The translations under genes and the position numbers were made by a program. This document shows, one piece after another, positions 26,545 through 35,819 of a stretch of DNA of 64,000 bases; the stretch's first letter is position 1, and each line of letters opens with the position of its first letter. Origin of the DNA: Clostridia bacterium (GTDB lineage: Bacteria; Bacillota; Clostridia; Oscillospirales; CAG-272); contig JAKSPY010000001.1 in NCBI GenBank assembly GCA_024404445.1, forward strand, positions 2,758 through 66,757, in the 5' to 3' direction. The notes under the pieces were generated by a model. That model did no database searches, was not told the DNA's origin, and saw nothing but the letters and a program-made list of their open reading frames with translations.

Positions 26545-27909
26545 TTATGCGAATATAGAAACGATCAGGACGTTGATGATTGCGGCAATACCGATTACCA
26601 ACGTGCCGAGTGTCTGTGTCTTGTAACCGTCCTCAGCCTTCATTTCGCCGAAGTTTGTAACAACCCAGAAGTAACTGTCGTTTGCGTGTGAAACAACCAT
26701 TGCACCTGCGCCGATCGAAACTACCAGCAGGGCTGCCTGTATGGGCGATGTCCAACCGAGAGTAGCCATAAGCGGAGCAACGATGCCGGCTGATGTCGTG
26801 ATAGCGACTGTGGATGAACCCTGAGCCGTCTTGAGCAGAGCCGCAAGAAGGAACGGGAAGAGATATCCGAGAACCTGAAGTGCCGTTGCATTGTCCTTAA
26901 TGAAATTGATGAGATCGCCGGAAGCGATGACCTTACCGAGAACGCCGCCTGCTGCCGTAACGAACAGGATCGGACCGGTTGTCTTAAGTGTTTCATTCGT
27001 GAGATCATAGAACTCGTTGCCCTTCTTAGCGGCAAGGAGAAGAATGAGACCGATGATAACACCGACTGCAAGGGCGATGATGGGTGTGCCGAGGAATGTG
27101 ATCACTGCAATGGATGTACCTGCCATGCTGAGTGCGCAGGACAGACCCATGAGTATGATCGGAACGAGGATGGGAGCAAATGCGGCAAATCCGTTCGGAA
27201 GCTTGCCATAGCTTGCAACCAGCTCTTCGTATGACTGACCGACAACAGCGTCATTTGTGGGCTCGTCGGCAGCTTTGACCTTTTTACCGATCAGAAGTGC
27301 GAAGATGTAACCTGCGATGAGGGGCAGGATCGAGCAAAGAGCACCGATGCCCATGACGAGAAGCAGGTTGACCTCAAGACCGACACCCTGATACAGCGTG
27401 TTGGCTGCTGCGATCGGGCCGGGTGTAGGCGGGATAAAGCAGTGGGAAATATAAAGGCCCATCGAAAGAGCTACCGTGCAGGCAACAGACGATTTACGTG
27501 TGCGCTGAACGAGTGATTTACGGATGGGGTTGAGCACTACGAAGCCACTGTCGCAGAATACGGGGATGGATACGATCCAACCCATGATCACCATAGCAGC
27601 CTCAGGGTGGTTTTTACCAACCAATTTAACGACGCAATCAGCCATTTTAAGGGCCGCGCCTGTCTTCTCAAGAAGAATACCCACGAGTGCGCCGAGAATG
27701 ATAACGATACCGATGCTGGTGAAAGTGCCGGAGAAGCCGGCGCCGATGATCGTCGGAATGGTCGTTATATCCTCAATGGAGAGGAGTGCCAGGATAAGAG
27801 ATACGCCCATGATCGAGAGGAAAGGATGTACTTTCCATTTGGATATCGCAACAATCATAAGTGCAACTGCAAGAACAAATACGATTAAAAGCGGTACGCC
27901 TGTCAACAT
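26545..27909 (-). CDS. GntP-family organic acid:H+ symporter
   Basis: 454 aa and highly hydrophobic. The N-terminal pattern LLIVFVLAVALMIVAISKWKVHPFLS matches gluconate/glycerate permeases. Confidence 0.8.
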   Translation of the reverse strand: MLTGVPLLIVFVLAVALMIVAISKWKVHPFLSIMGVSLILALLSIEDITTIPTIIGAGFSGTFTSIGIVIILGALVGILLEKTGAALKMADCVVKLVGKNHPEAAMVIMGWIVSIPVFCDSGFVVLNPIRKSLVQRTRKSSVACTVALSMGLYISHCFIPPTPGPIAAANTLYQGVGLEVNLLLVMGIGALCSILPLIAGYIFALLIGKKVKAADEPTNDAVVGQSYEELVASYGKLPNGFAAFAPILVPIILMGLSCALSMAGTSIAVITFLGTPIIALAVGVIIGLILLLAAKKGNEFYDLTNETLKTTGPILFVTAAGGVLGKVIASGDLINFIKDNATALQVLGYLFPFLLAALLKTAQGSSTVAITTSAGIVAPLMATLGWTSPIQAALLVVSIGAGAMVVSHANDSYFWVVTNFGEMKAEDGYKTQTLGTLVIGIAAIINVLIVSIFA

Positions 27910-27982
27910 ATGTAGTCCCCCTTAATATTTTTGCCTGATTCGGCTATTTCAGAATGAGCACAATCGCTCAAGTTCTGATGAT

Positions 27983-28011
27983 ATTATATAGTATTGTACA
28001 AAATGTGTCAA
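27983..28011 (-). promoter_or_regulatory. sigma-A promoter of the gntP operon (TTGACA-17-TATAAT) with palindrome TTGTACAA in the spacer
   Basis: The minus strand reads TTGACA cattttgtacaatacta TATAAT. The spacer palindrome lies at 27994-28001. Confidence 0.6.
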
Positions 28012-28048
28012 TATGTATTCATAAATTGTTAAAATTTCGTCACAATAC

Positions 28049-28079
28049 ACAAAAAACAACCGATATTTTGTAAAATCGG
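28049..28079 (-). terminator. rho-independent terminator (second hairpin downstream of the DUF3048 gene)
   Basis: On the minus strand, the imperfect hairpin ccgattttacaaaatatcgg is followed by ttgttttttgtg. Confidence 0.5.
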
Positions 28080-28153
28080 GCAAATTGCCGCGTCGTTTCG
28101 ACACGGCTGTGAAATGTCGGAAAAAGTATATAGGTACATAACATATATGGAAA

Positions 28154-28179
28154 GGCCTGCACGTTTTGCCGTGCAGGCC
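28154..28179 (-). terminator. hairpin immediately after the DUF3048 gene stop
   Basis: ggcctgcacg / ttttgc loop / cgtgcaggcc is a perfect 10-bp stem. The T-tract is short. Confidence 0.5.
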
Positions 28180-28187
28180 CTGCAATT

Positions 28188-29429
28188 TTATTTATACCAT
28201 ATCGTATGTGAAACAGAGCTTTCGTCAACGAAGCCGATATACGTTGTGCCGGAATGCACCGTCAACGGCATATTGCCGCAGTAGAAGCTGAGCTCGCCGT
28301 CGTTGCCCACCCATGTGATCTCGGTACATTCGCCGCCGTGGAAATAGTATCCCGTGCCGGTACCTGTCGTCTTTATATCGGTGACGTACGGCTCTGTCGA
28401 TACGCCGCTGGATACGAATTTCACATCTGTCCCTATGACGATGAGATTGTCAAACGACAACTGTTCTCCGGTGTCTGCATCGACGTGCGGCTGTCCGTTC
28501 TGACTGCGCAGATATTTGCCGCTTTCCTTATTATAATCGTATGTGACGTATTTTTGCTTCGGCGCCGTCAGCCCCTCGCCCGAGAACGTCAGCTCGATCT
28601 GCGTGGCGGCCGCAGTATCGTACTTCATGCCGTCGCCGAATTTCAACAGCTGCTTCGTTTCGCCGTCCAGAGTGCCGCCGGCACTCGTGAAGCGCGATCC
28701 CGTATTGAGGGTCGCGCGCAGTGCTTTTGACGTCAGCAGTGTGTCGTACAGAATATCCGAGCGGTACCCGTCGGAATAGAATCTGATACATCCGAGTGCC
28801 GCGCACTGCTCCGCACTCCACGCCGGTTCTGTCTGCGTGTCGATATAGCTCTGCTTACCGCCCGGCCTGTTCATCACGGTCGTATAAAAATCGTAATACG
28901 GATTTGTATCGTCGTGCGCGCCCGCACAGATCAGCACCGCATTATGATTTGCCGCCCATGAAACGTGTACGGCACCCGCCGACGCGATATTGCAGATATC
29001 GTCAAGGGACGAGGTGTCGCCGATCACGGCCATGAAGCGCGTCACGCCGGGTGCGCACAGGGCTTCATAGAGGATATCCGCCTGAAGCAGTCCCGTCTGG
29101 TGCGCGAGTGCCGCCGCGGAATTGTCGACGATCACGGCGATCGGGCGCGTGCCGCTCAGGTCGTTTTCCGACGTCAGTCCCGTCAAAGGCTGAACGAACG
29201 TCGCCACCGTCGTCGCGACGGTGGTTGCCTCAGTCGTTGCCTCGGTCTGATCGTATGTATCGACGGGAGCGGGCTGTACGTCATCCGTCGTCGCGTACTT
29301 CTTGCTGACGATCATGCTGGAATCAATACCGGCATATCCCGCGTTTTGCGCGCAGGAGGCAAAAATGCCGATAATAATTGCCGTGACAGTCAGCAACGCC
29401 ACGGCATTGAGTTTTGGTTTTCTTTTCAT
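28188..29429 (-). CDS. DUF3048-family lipoprotein (YerB-like)
   Basis: Signal peptide with lipobox IFASCA, then a TEATTEATTVATTVAT linker. RPIAVIVDNSAAALAHQTGLLQADILYEA...GVTRFMAVI is typical of DUF3048. Confidence 0.7.
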   Translation of the reverse strand: MKRKPKLNAVALLTVTAIIIGIFASCAQNAGYAGIDSSMIVSKKYATTDDVQPAPVDTYDQTEATTEATTVATTVATFVQPLTGLTSENDLSGTRPIAVIVDNSAAALAHQTGLLQADILYEALCAPGVTRFMAVIGDTSSLDDICNIASAGAVHVSWAANHNAVLICAGAHDDTNPYYDFYTTVMNRPGGKQSYIDTQTEPAWSAEQCAALGCIRFYSDGYRSDILYDTLLTSKALRATLNTGSRFTSAGGTLDGETKQLLKFGDGMKYDTAAATQIELTFSGEGLTAPKQKYVTYDYNKESGKYLRSQNGQPHVDADTGEQLSFDNLIVIGTDVKFVSSGVSTEPYVTDIKTTGTGTGYYFHGGECTEITWVGNDGELSFYCGNMPLTVHSGTTYIGFVDESSVSHTIWYK

Positions 29430-29471
29430 TTGGACCTCCGTTATTTACAAATTTTTCCATTTGCCAAACGG

Positions 29472-29500
29472 ATTGTACCATAGAAATATTCGCTTTGCAA
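29472..29500 (-). promoter_or_regulatory. sigma-A promoter of the DUF3048 gene
   Basis: The minus strand reads TTGCAA agcgaatatttctatgg TACAAT, with a 17-nt spacer and an extended TG. Confidence 0.5.
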
Positions 29501-29524
29501 GGTGGCGGCGGGCATAATCGTTCG

Positions 29525-30019
29525 TCAAATACCACCGTCTTTTTTCAGCTTTTCTTTCTTTTCGCGCAAAGCACAGAAAAAGCCCGATAACTCGTCACGG
29601 CACTCATTTTCCATGACGCCGCCGACGATATCCGGATGATGATTGTACGGAACCGCGTTCAGATCGGTGATTGTTCCGAATGAGCCTGCCTTATCGTCCT
29701 TGGCACCGTAGACCACCCTTTTGATGCGCGAGTTTATGATCGCGCCCGCGCACATCGGACACGGCTCCAATGTGACGTACATTTCGCATTTGTGCAGGCG
29801 CCAGCCGCCCAGCTTTTTGCACGCCTCGTCTATCGCCTTGATCTCGGCGTGATACAGGGCGTTCTTGCCCGTTTCGCGCGTATTGTAGGCAGACGATACT
29901 ATCTGCCCGTCACACACGATGACTGCGCCTACCGGTACCTCGCCTATCGCGGCGGCACGGTCTGCGGCATCGAGAGCCGCACGCATGAATATTTCGTCGC
30001 ACGAGCCTGCTTCAGCCAT
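29525..30019 (-). CDS. tadA: tRNA adenosine(34) deaminase
   Basis: HAEIKAI and TLEPCPMCAGAI zinc motifs. Start at ATG 30019, 6 nt after AGGAG and 1 nt after the upstream gene's stop. Confidence 0.85.
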   Translation of the reverse strand: MAEAGSCDEIFMRAALDAADRAAAIGEVPVGAVIVCDGQIVSSAYNTRETGKNALYHAEIKAIDEACKKLGGWRLHKCEMYVTLEPCPMCAGAIINSRIKRVVYGAKDDKAGSFGTITDLNAVPYNHHPDIVGGVMENECRDELSGFFCALREKKEKLKKDGGI

Positions 30020-30020
30020 C

Positions 30021-30653
30021 TCAGTCTCCTTTGATTGTATATCCGGCACCGCGCACGGAAACGATCAGCTTGATACCGAATTTTTCATCTATCTTTTTAC
30101 GCAGGTATTTCACGTAAACGTCGACGATATTCGTACCCTCGGCGCATCCGTCGCCGAATACCGCGCGCGTCGCCTCGGCGCGCGATACGACACTGCCGCG
30201 CTTTCCGATCAACAGCTTCAGCAGTTCATATTCGCGTTTTGTCAATGAGATATGCTCACCGTGGTAGATCGCGCTGTGCGAGGCCTCTGAAAGGTGAAGA
30301 TCGTCAGCACTGTTTCTGTGCTTTTTGGTATTGTCGCAAAACGGCGCGGGTCTGCCGATGAATCTGTCCAGAACGTCCTCGATATTGAACGGGCGCCGGT
30401 ATACGGCACCCGGATCGCGCACCTCGTCACCGAGCGCGTCTATATCGGTGTCATACCCGAAAATGACTGTGTCACAGCCGTCGAGCACGGGACTGCGCAC
30501 ATATTCTGCCGCGTCTACGAACGCGACTTTGACGGGCTCATCCGGTGCGCACGGCATACTTTCCGCAACGACCGCGTCGGCGTTTCTGTCGGAGAGCGAC
30601 AAATATAACATACGTGCGAAGCACGCGTCCTTCGTAACTATCAATGCAGTCAT
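30021..30653 (-). CDS. OmpR/PhoB-type winged-helix regulator with a degenerate receiver domain
   Basis: The C-terminal LTKREYELLKLLIGKRGSVVSRAE...VDVYVKYLRKKID...VRGAGYTIKG is Trans_reg_C. The N-terminal roughly 100 aa is receiver-like, but it has TKD instead of the DD pair and RRPF instead of the conserved KPF. Confidence 0.65.
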   Translation of the reverse strand: MTALIVTKDACFARMLYLSLSDRNADAVVAESMPCAPDEPVKVAFVDAAEYVRSPVLDGCDTVIFGYDTDIDALGDEVRDPGAVYRRPFNIEDVLDRFIGRPAPFCDNTKKHRNSADDLHLSEASHSAIYHGEHISLTKREYELLKLLIGKRGSVVSRAEATRAVFGDGCAEGTNIVDVYVKYLRKKIDEKFGIKLIVSVRGAGYTIKGD

Positions 30654-30654
30654 A

Positions 30655-32850
30655 TCAACCCGAATACGTTGAGCCCGTGGCGGGCACTTTTATCTTTCGG
30701 CATTTTGCCGCCGCGGTATCCGATGCCTCATACAGCTTTGCCTCGGTTATCTTCTGTCCGTTCTTCAGTTGGAACAGCACAGTGCCGGACGCGGTGCGCG
30801 TCGGCTTATCCTGTATCAGCTTTGATGAGATCAGTATTGCCTTGCCCGCATCGTTTACCATCAATATATCTATCGGCGTTTCCTCGACGAACGCGGCCAC
30901 CAGCGGTGACGCGTCGGAATACGCGCCAACCAGCTTTTTGCGGTTCGCCTTTGTTTCGTACGATACGGACGGTATCTTGACGCCCTTACCGTTTTTGAAT
31001 ATGAAGACGAATTTCTTCTTATCGTCGTATTTCTGCGTGACCATCATGCCCATACACTGTTCACCGTCGTCAAATCCGAGTTTTGCCGGTATATAATCAC
31101 CGAGCTCTGACGCCTTTTTGGTCGCAAAATCGCTCGCCTTTGCCTTATAGACCTTTTGCTGACTGCTGACGAATAACAGCTCGGCTGTGTTGTCGGAATC
31201 ATAAATCTGCGTCACCTCGTCGCCCGACTTCAGCATCTGCTCATCGTTGCCGCGCAGTGATTGCAGTGTGATCTTCTTGAAATACCCCTCACGTGTGAGA
31301 ATGAATTTCGCGTTGTAATTTTCGACGAAATGCTCTTCCTTATATTCGCTTATCGTTTCCTCATAGATCAATTTCGTCTTACGCGGCATCGCGTATTTCG
31401 CCTTGATCTCAAGCAGCTGCATGGCTATGCGCTTTTTCATTTTCGCTTCCGACGCGATCGTGGCCTGCAGCTCCGCGATCTCCTTTTGCAGGGAATCTAT
31501 TTCTTTGATTCTTTCGATGATATACTCACGGTTGAGGTGACGGAGCTTTATCTCTGCGATGTACTCCGCCTGCACCTCGTCTATGCCGAAGCCCGACATG
31601 AGGTTGGGCACCACGTCTGCCTCTTTTTCCGTTTCGCGGACTATTCTGACGGCTTTATCGATATCGAGAAGTATCTCGCCGAGGCCGAGCAGAAGGTGCA
31701 GCTTATCACATTTTTTGTTCAGATCGAACGTAAGCTCGCGCTTTACGCAACCGAGGCGGAAGCGTATCCATTCGATCAGTATTTCTCTGACACCCATCTG
31801 ACGCGGCGTACCGTCGACCAGAATATTGAAATTGCACGCAAAATTATCCTGCAACGGCGTCTTTTTGTACAGCTTCGTCATCAGCTTTTCGGGATCGGTG
31901 CCGCGGCGCAGATCGAGTGTGAGCTTGAAACCCGAAAGGTCTATCTCGTTTCTCGCGTCCGTGACCTCCTTCAGCGTGCCGTCCTTTATCATATCGGTGA
32001 TCTTTTTCAGTATCAGCTCAATGGTCGTGGAGTAGGGTATTTCCAGAATTTCTATGCAGTTTTCCGCTTTGTCGTACGAATAGCGCGCGCGCAGTGTCAC
32101 AGATCCCTCGCCCGTTTCGTATATCTGACGCATCTGATCGCGGTTATATATCACGCCGGCTCCTCCGGCAAAATCGGGTGCCTTGATGATATCCAGAAGC
32201 TCGTCGGTCGTCGTATTCGGATTTTTCAGCAAAGCGACCGTTCCGTCGCAGATTTCACCGAGGTTGAACGAGCATATACGGCTCGCCATACCGACGGCGA
32301 TACCCATATTCGGTGAAACGAGCACGTTGGGAAACGATGTCGGCAACAGCACCGGCTCCTGCATCGTGGCATCGTAGTTATCCTTCATATCGACGGCGTT
32401 TTTGTCTATGCCGCGGAAGATCTCGTTGCAGAACGAATCCAGCTTGACCTCGGTGTAACGCGACGCGGCATACGCCATATCAGAGCTGTACTGCTTACCG
32501 AAATTTCCTTTTGAATCGACGAACGGGTGTAACAGCGCCCCGTTTCCGCGTGTCAGTCTGACCATTGTTTCGTATATCGCGGCGTCGCCGTGGGGGTTGA
32601 GCTTCATCGTCGCACCGACGACGTTCGTGCTTTTTGTCCTCTGACCCGTCAGTAGGCCCATTTTGTACATCGTGTACAGCAGTTTTCTGTGTGAGGGCTT
32701 AAATCCGTCGATTTCCGGGATCGCGCGCGAAACGATGACGCTCATGACGTAGGGCATATAGTTCTTTTCTATCGTTTCGGTTATCGGTTGTCTGACTATC
32801 GGCGCGGGCGGCAATTCTTCTGTGATCGCTGTTTTCTTTTTCTTTGCCAT
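30655..32850 (-). CDS. parC: type IIA topoisomerase subunit A (ParC-like)
   Basis: YMPYVMSVIVSRAIPEIDGFKPSHRKLLY, LNPHGDAAIYETMVRL, and the active-site AASRYTE. At 731 aa it has a short C-terminal domain, which favours topoisomerase IV over gyrase. Start at ATG 32850, after GGAGG. Confidence 0.75.
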   Translation of the reverse strand: MAKKKKTAITEELPPAPIVRQPITETIEKNYMPYVMSVIVSRAIPEIDGFKPSHRKLLYTMYKMGLLTGQRTKSTNVVGATMKLNPHGDAAIYETMVRLTRGNGALLHPFVDSKGNFGKQYSSDMAYAASRYTEVKLDSFCNEIFRGIDKNAVDMKDNYDATMQEPVLLPTSFPNVLVSPNMGIAVGMASRICSFNLGEICDGTVALLKNPNTTTDELLDIIKAPDFAGGAGVIYNRDQMRQIYETGEGSVTLRARYSYDKAENCIEILEIPYSTTIELILKKITDMIKDGTLKEVTDARNEIDLSGFKLTLDLRRGTDPEKLMTKLYKKTPLQDNFACNFNILVDGTPRQMGVREILIEWIRFRLGCVKRELTFDLNKKCDKLHLLLGLGEILLDIDKAVRIVRETEKEADVVPNLMSGFGIDEVQAEYIAEIKLRHLNREYIIERIKEIDSLQKEIAELQATIASEAKMKKRIAMQLLEIKAKYAMPRKTKLIYEETISEYKEEHFVENYNAKFILTREGYFKKITLQSLRGNDEQMLKSGDEVTQIYDSDNTAELLFVSSQQKVYKAKASDFATKKASELGDYIPAKLGFDDGEQCMGMMVTQKYDDKKKFVFIFKNGKGVKIPSVSYETKANRKKLVGAYSDASPLVAAFVEETPIDILMVNDAGKAILISSKLIQDKPTRTASGTVLFQLKNGQKITEAKLYEASDTAAAKCRKIKVPATGSTYSG

Positions 32851-32860
32851 CTTTACCTCC

Positions 32861-34852
32861 TCAGACGTCTGCGTCGGCAATATAATACTTGCCGTTTGCG
32901 GTTATGAAGTTTTTTCTTTCCTCCAGATCGTCGCCGAGCAATGTTTCAAAAATATACGCTGTTCTGGCGGCGTCTGCCTCGCTGACCATGATCAGCCGGC
33001 GCGTGGCGGGGTTCATCGTCGTTTTCCACATCATTTCCGGCTCATTTTCACCGAGTCCCTTTGATCGCTGTATCGTGTATTTCTGACCGGAGAGCTTTGA
33101 AAGTATCTCGGCCTTTTCGTTTTCGTCGTATGCGAAATACGTGTCGTCCTTCGTCGTGATCTCAAAAAGCGGGGACTCCGCTATGAAGATCCTGCCCTCG
33201 CGGATAAGCGTAGGCAACAGACGGTAAAACAGTGTCAGCAACAGTGTGCGGATCTGAAAGCCGTCCTCGTCGGCATCGGTACAGATTATTATTTTCGACC
33301 ATTTCAATTGGCTGAGGTCAAAAGTATTCTGCGCGGATTTCGTCTTTGTCGTTATCTCCGCGCCGCAACCGATGACCTTGAGCAGGTCGACTATTATCTC
33401 ACTTTTGAATATCTTGTCGTAATTGCTTTTCAGGCAGTTCAGCGTTTTGCCCCTTACGGGAATGATCGCCTGAAATTCCGCGTTGCGTCCCTGTATGCAC
33501 GAGCCCATGGCGGAATCGCCCTCCACGATATACACCTCGCGCTTTTCCGGATCCTTTGAACGGCAGGTCACGAATTTTTCCACTCTGTCGGTAATGCCCG
33601 TCGACGTCGCCAGCTTCTTTTTCAGATTGAGCCGCGTGCTTTCCGCACTCTCGCGACTGCGCTTGTTTACCAGGATCTGCGCCGCGATCTTTTCGGCCTC
33701 CATAGGCTTTTCGATGAAGTAGATCTCCAGCTGATGCTTGATGAATTCGGTCAGCGCCTCGGCAATGAATTCGTTTGTGATCGCCTTTTTCGTCTGATTG
33801 GCGTATGACGTCTGCGTGGAGAAGCTGTTGATAACGAGTATCAGACAGTCCTCAATATCCCCGAATGATATTTTTGCCTCGTTCTTATTGTATTTGCCCT
33901 TGGATTTCAGATATTTGTCGATGGCGTATACGAACGCGCTTTTCGTTGCCTTTTCGGGCGATCCGCCGTGCTCCAGAAAGCTGGAATTGTGATAATACTC
34001 GATCGCGTTCACCGAATTGGAAAAGCAAAACGCGACCTCTGCCTTCAGATTGTATTCGGGTTTATCCTCTCTGTCGCGTCCGCTCGTTTCCAGCTGAGAA
34101 AAGCGCGGCGCGGTGATGGATGAATCTCCGGCCAGCTTTTGTATATAGTCCTCGATGCCGTGCTCGTAGCAGTACGTCTTATTTGTCACGTCGCCCTCGG
34201 AATTCTCATAATGCAACACGAAGCTGAGACCGGCGTTGACTATGGCCTGCTTATCGAGCGTGATATCGAAAAATTCAAACGGGATCGCCGTATCGGTGAA
34301 AACCTCAAGGTCCGGCTTCCACTGCACTATCGTACCCGTCTTTTTCTCGCGTTTATTGATCGGCGAACGTGTGAGCTCCCCGTCGGGGCGCCCCTTTTTG
34401 AAATTGATCTGCAGCATTTCATCGCCGCGATATGAGCGCACCGTCATGAATTCGGAGCTGTACTGTGTGGATGCCGCGCCGAGTCCGTTCAGACCGAGCG
34501 CGTAGGTGTACAAAGCGTCGCTGTCGTTGTTATTGTATTTGCCGCCCGCATAAAGCTCACAATAGACCAGCTCCCAATTATAGCGCTGTTCCTTATCGTT
34601 CCAATCAAGCGGGACACCGCGTCCCCAATCCTCCACCGTGACGACACCGTCACGGGAATATTTTATATCTATCGTGTCTCCGAAGCCCTCGCGGGCCTCA
34701 TCGACTGAATTGGAAATTATCTCAAATACGGAATGCTCACAGCCATCGATGCCGTCTGAACCGAATATGACCGCCGGGCGTTTTCTGACTCTGTCCTCGC
34801 CCTTGAGCATCGTTATCGTCGAATCGTCGTAAATCTGAGTTTTTTTTGTCAT
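32861..34852 (-). CDS. parE: type IIA topoisomerase subunit B (ParE-like)
   Basis: LKGEDRVRKRPAVIFGS...FEIISNSVDEA (GHKL ATPase), Toprim EVYIVEGDSA, and IIICTDADEDGFQI. Start at ATG 34852. Confidence 0.75.
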   Translation of the reverse strand: MTKKTQIYDDSTITMLKGEDRVRKRPAVIFGSDGIDGCEHSVFEIISNSVDEAREGFGDTIDIKYSRDGVVTVEDWGRGVPLDWNDKEQRYNWELVYCELYAGGKYNNNDSDALYTYALGLNGLGAASTQYSSEFMTVRSYRGDEMLQINFKKGRPDGELTRSPINKREKKTGTIVQWKPDLEVFTDTAIPFEFFDITLDKQAIVNAGLSFVLHYENSEGDVTNKTYCYEHGIEDYIQKLAGDSSITAPRFSQLETSGRDREDKPEYNLKAEVAFCFSNSVNAIEYYHNSSFLEHGGSPEKATKSAFVYAIDKYLKSKGKYNKNEAKISFGDIEDCLILVINSFSTQTSYANQTKKAITNEFIAEALTEFIKHQLEIYFIEKPMEAEKIAAQILVNKRSRESAESTRLNLKKKLATSTGITDRVEKFVTCRSKDPEKREVYIVEGDSAMGSCIQGRNAEFQAIIPVRGKTLNCLKSNYDKIFKSEIIVDLLKVIGCGAEITTKTKSAQNTFDLSQLKWSKIIICTDADEDGFQIRTLLLTLFYRLLPTLIREGRIFIAESPLFEITTKDDTYFAYDENEKAEILSKLSGQKYTIQRSKGLGENEPEMMWKTTMNPATRRLIMVSEADAARTAYIFETLLGDDLEERKNFITANGKYYIADADV

Positions 34853-34928
34853 TTTGCAAACTGCTCCTGCATAAAGGTTGATTTTCTGAAAATATCTGCT
34901 ATAATTATCAGCGGGAGATATTTTTCTG

Positions 34929-34957
34929 ATTTTACCACATATATTGTATATTTGCAA
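34929..34957 (-). promoter_or_regulatory. sigma-A promoter of parE
   Basis: The minus strand reads TTGCAA atatacaatatatgtgg TAAAAT, with a 17-nt spacer and an extended TG. Confidence 0.5.
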
Positions 34958-34992
34958 GCAAATTTTGCCTGTCGGGCACAATATTTATTATT

Positions 34993-35808
34993 ATGAATAT
35001 AACAGATACGTTTGATTCAGAGAAAATCGAATATTTTTCCGCGGTCCCGCTTGACGGGTCGGATATTGTCCGTGCCGATATATGCACGCGCCGCGGGATA
35101 TCGCCGGACGCGCTCAGAACGGCGATAGCGTTTTTGATACCTTATTATTGTCGTGATGAGCGGGAGGGGAATATTTCGCTGTACGCCCGTCCCTGCGATT
35201 ATCACGCATACTGCGATGATCTGTTCGCGCGGATATGCCCGGAGCTGTCGTCTGAATACGGCGGCACATTCGTCGGCTTTGCCGATAAATCCCCGATTGA
35301 GGAAACGTCGCTCGCCGTTCGCGCCCGCCTCGGCAGTCGCGGCGACAGCTATGTGATACTGAATGAAAAATACGGCTCGTTTGTTTTTATCGGCGAGATA
35401 CTGACGGATAACGATATATCGGTATTCGGCGACGTGTGGCATACGTCGCGCGATGGGCTGTGCACCCATTGCGGCGCCTGCCGCCGCGCTTGCCCGATGA
35501 CGTCGGGGCACGGTGAGTGTCTGTCATCGCTGACACAGAAAAAAGGGGAGCTGGCGGAGGACGAGCGCTCGTATATCCGGGAATACGGCTATGCGTGGGG
35601 GTGCGATATATGCCAGCTGGCGTGCCCCGTCAACCGCGCGGCGATGGATAGCGGGGTACAGACACCGATAGAGTATTTCAGACAAAACAGGATCGTTGAC
35701 CTTGACGGCGACATTCTGTCTTCGCTTGACGATGAGGAATTTGCCCGGCGCGCGTTTTCATGGCGCGGTAGAAAAACGCTGATCCGAAATATCGGCATAA
35801 TCGGATAA
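34993..35808 (+). CDS. queG: epoxyqueuosine reductase QueG-like (DUF1730 + 4Fe-4S)
   Basis: CDYH, GSFVFIGEILTD, CTHCGACRRACP and WGCDICQLACPVN match QueG motifs. At 271 aa it is shorter than typical QueG. Confidence 0.55.
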   Translation: MNITDTFDSEKIEYFSAVPLDGSDIVRADICTRRGISPDALRTAIAFLIPYYCRDEREGNISLYARPCDYHAYCDDLFARICPELSSEYGGTFVGFADKSPIEETSLAVRARLGSRGDSYVILNEKYGSFVFIGEILTDNDISVFGDVWHTSRDGLCTHCGACRRACPMTSGHGECLSSLTQKKGELAEDERSYIREYGYAWGCDICQLACPVNRAAMDSGVQTPIEYFRQNRIVDLDGDILSSLDDEEFARRAFSWRGRKTLIRNIGIIG

Positions 35809-35819
35809 AGGAGGAACAA

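Noticed and set aside
29430-29524. An SRP (4.5S/scRNA) gene, which is expected downstream of tadA in many Firmicutes.
   Set aside because: Only 95 nt separate tadA from the next gene. That interval is occupied by a TTGCAA-17-TACAAT promoter, and no SRP domain-IV-like hairpin is visible.
31261-32316. A 351-aa ORF antisense to parC.
   Set aside because: It is fully nested in a strongly conserved topoisomerase gene. The sequence is low-complexity and Arg/Phe/Leu-rich, with no start context.
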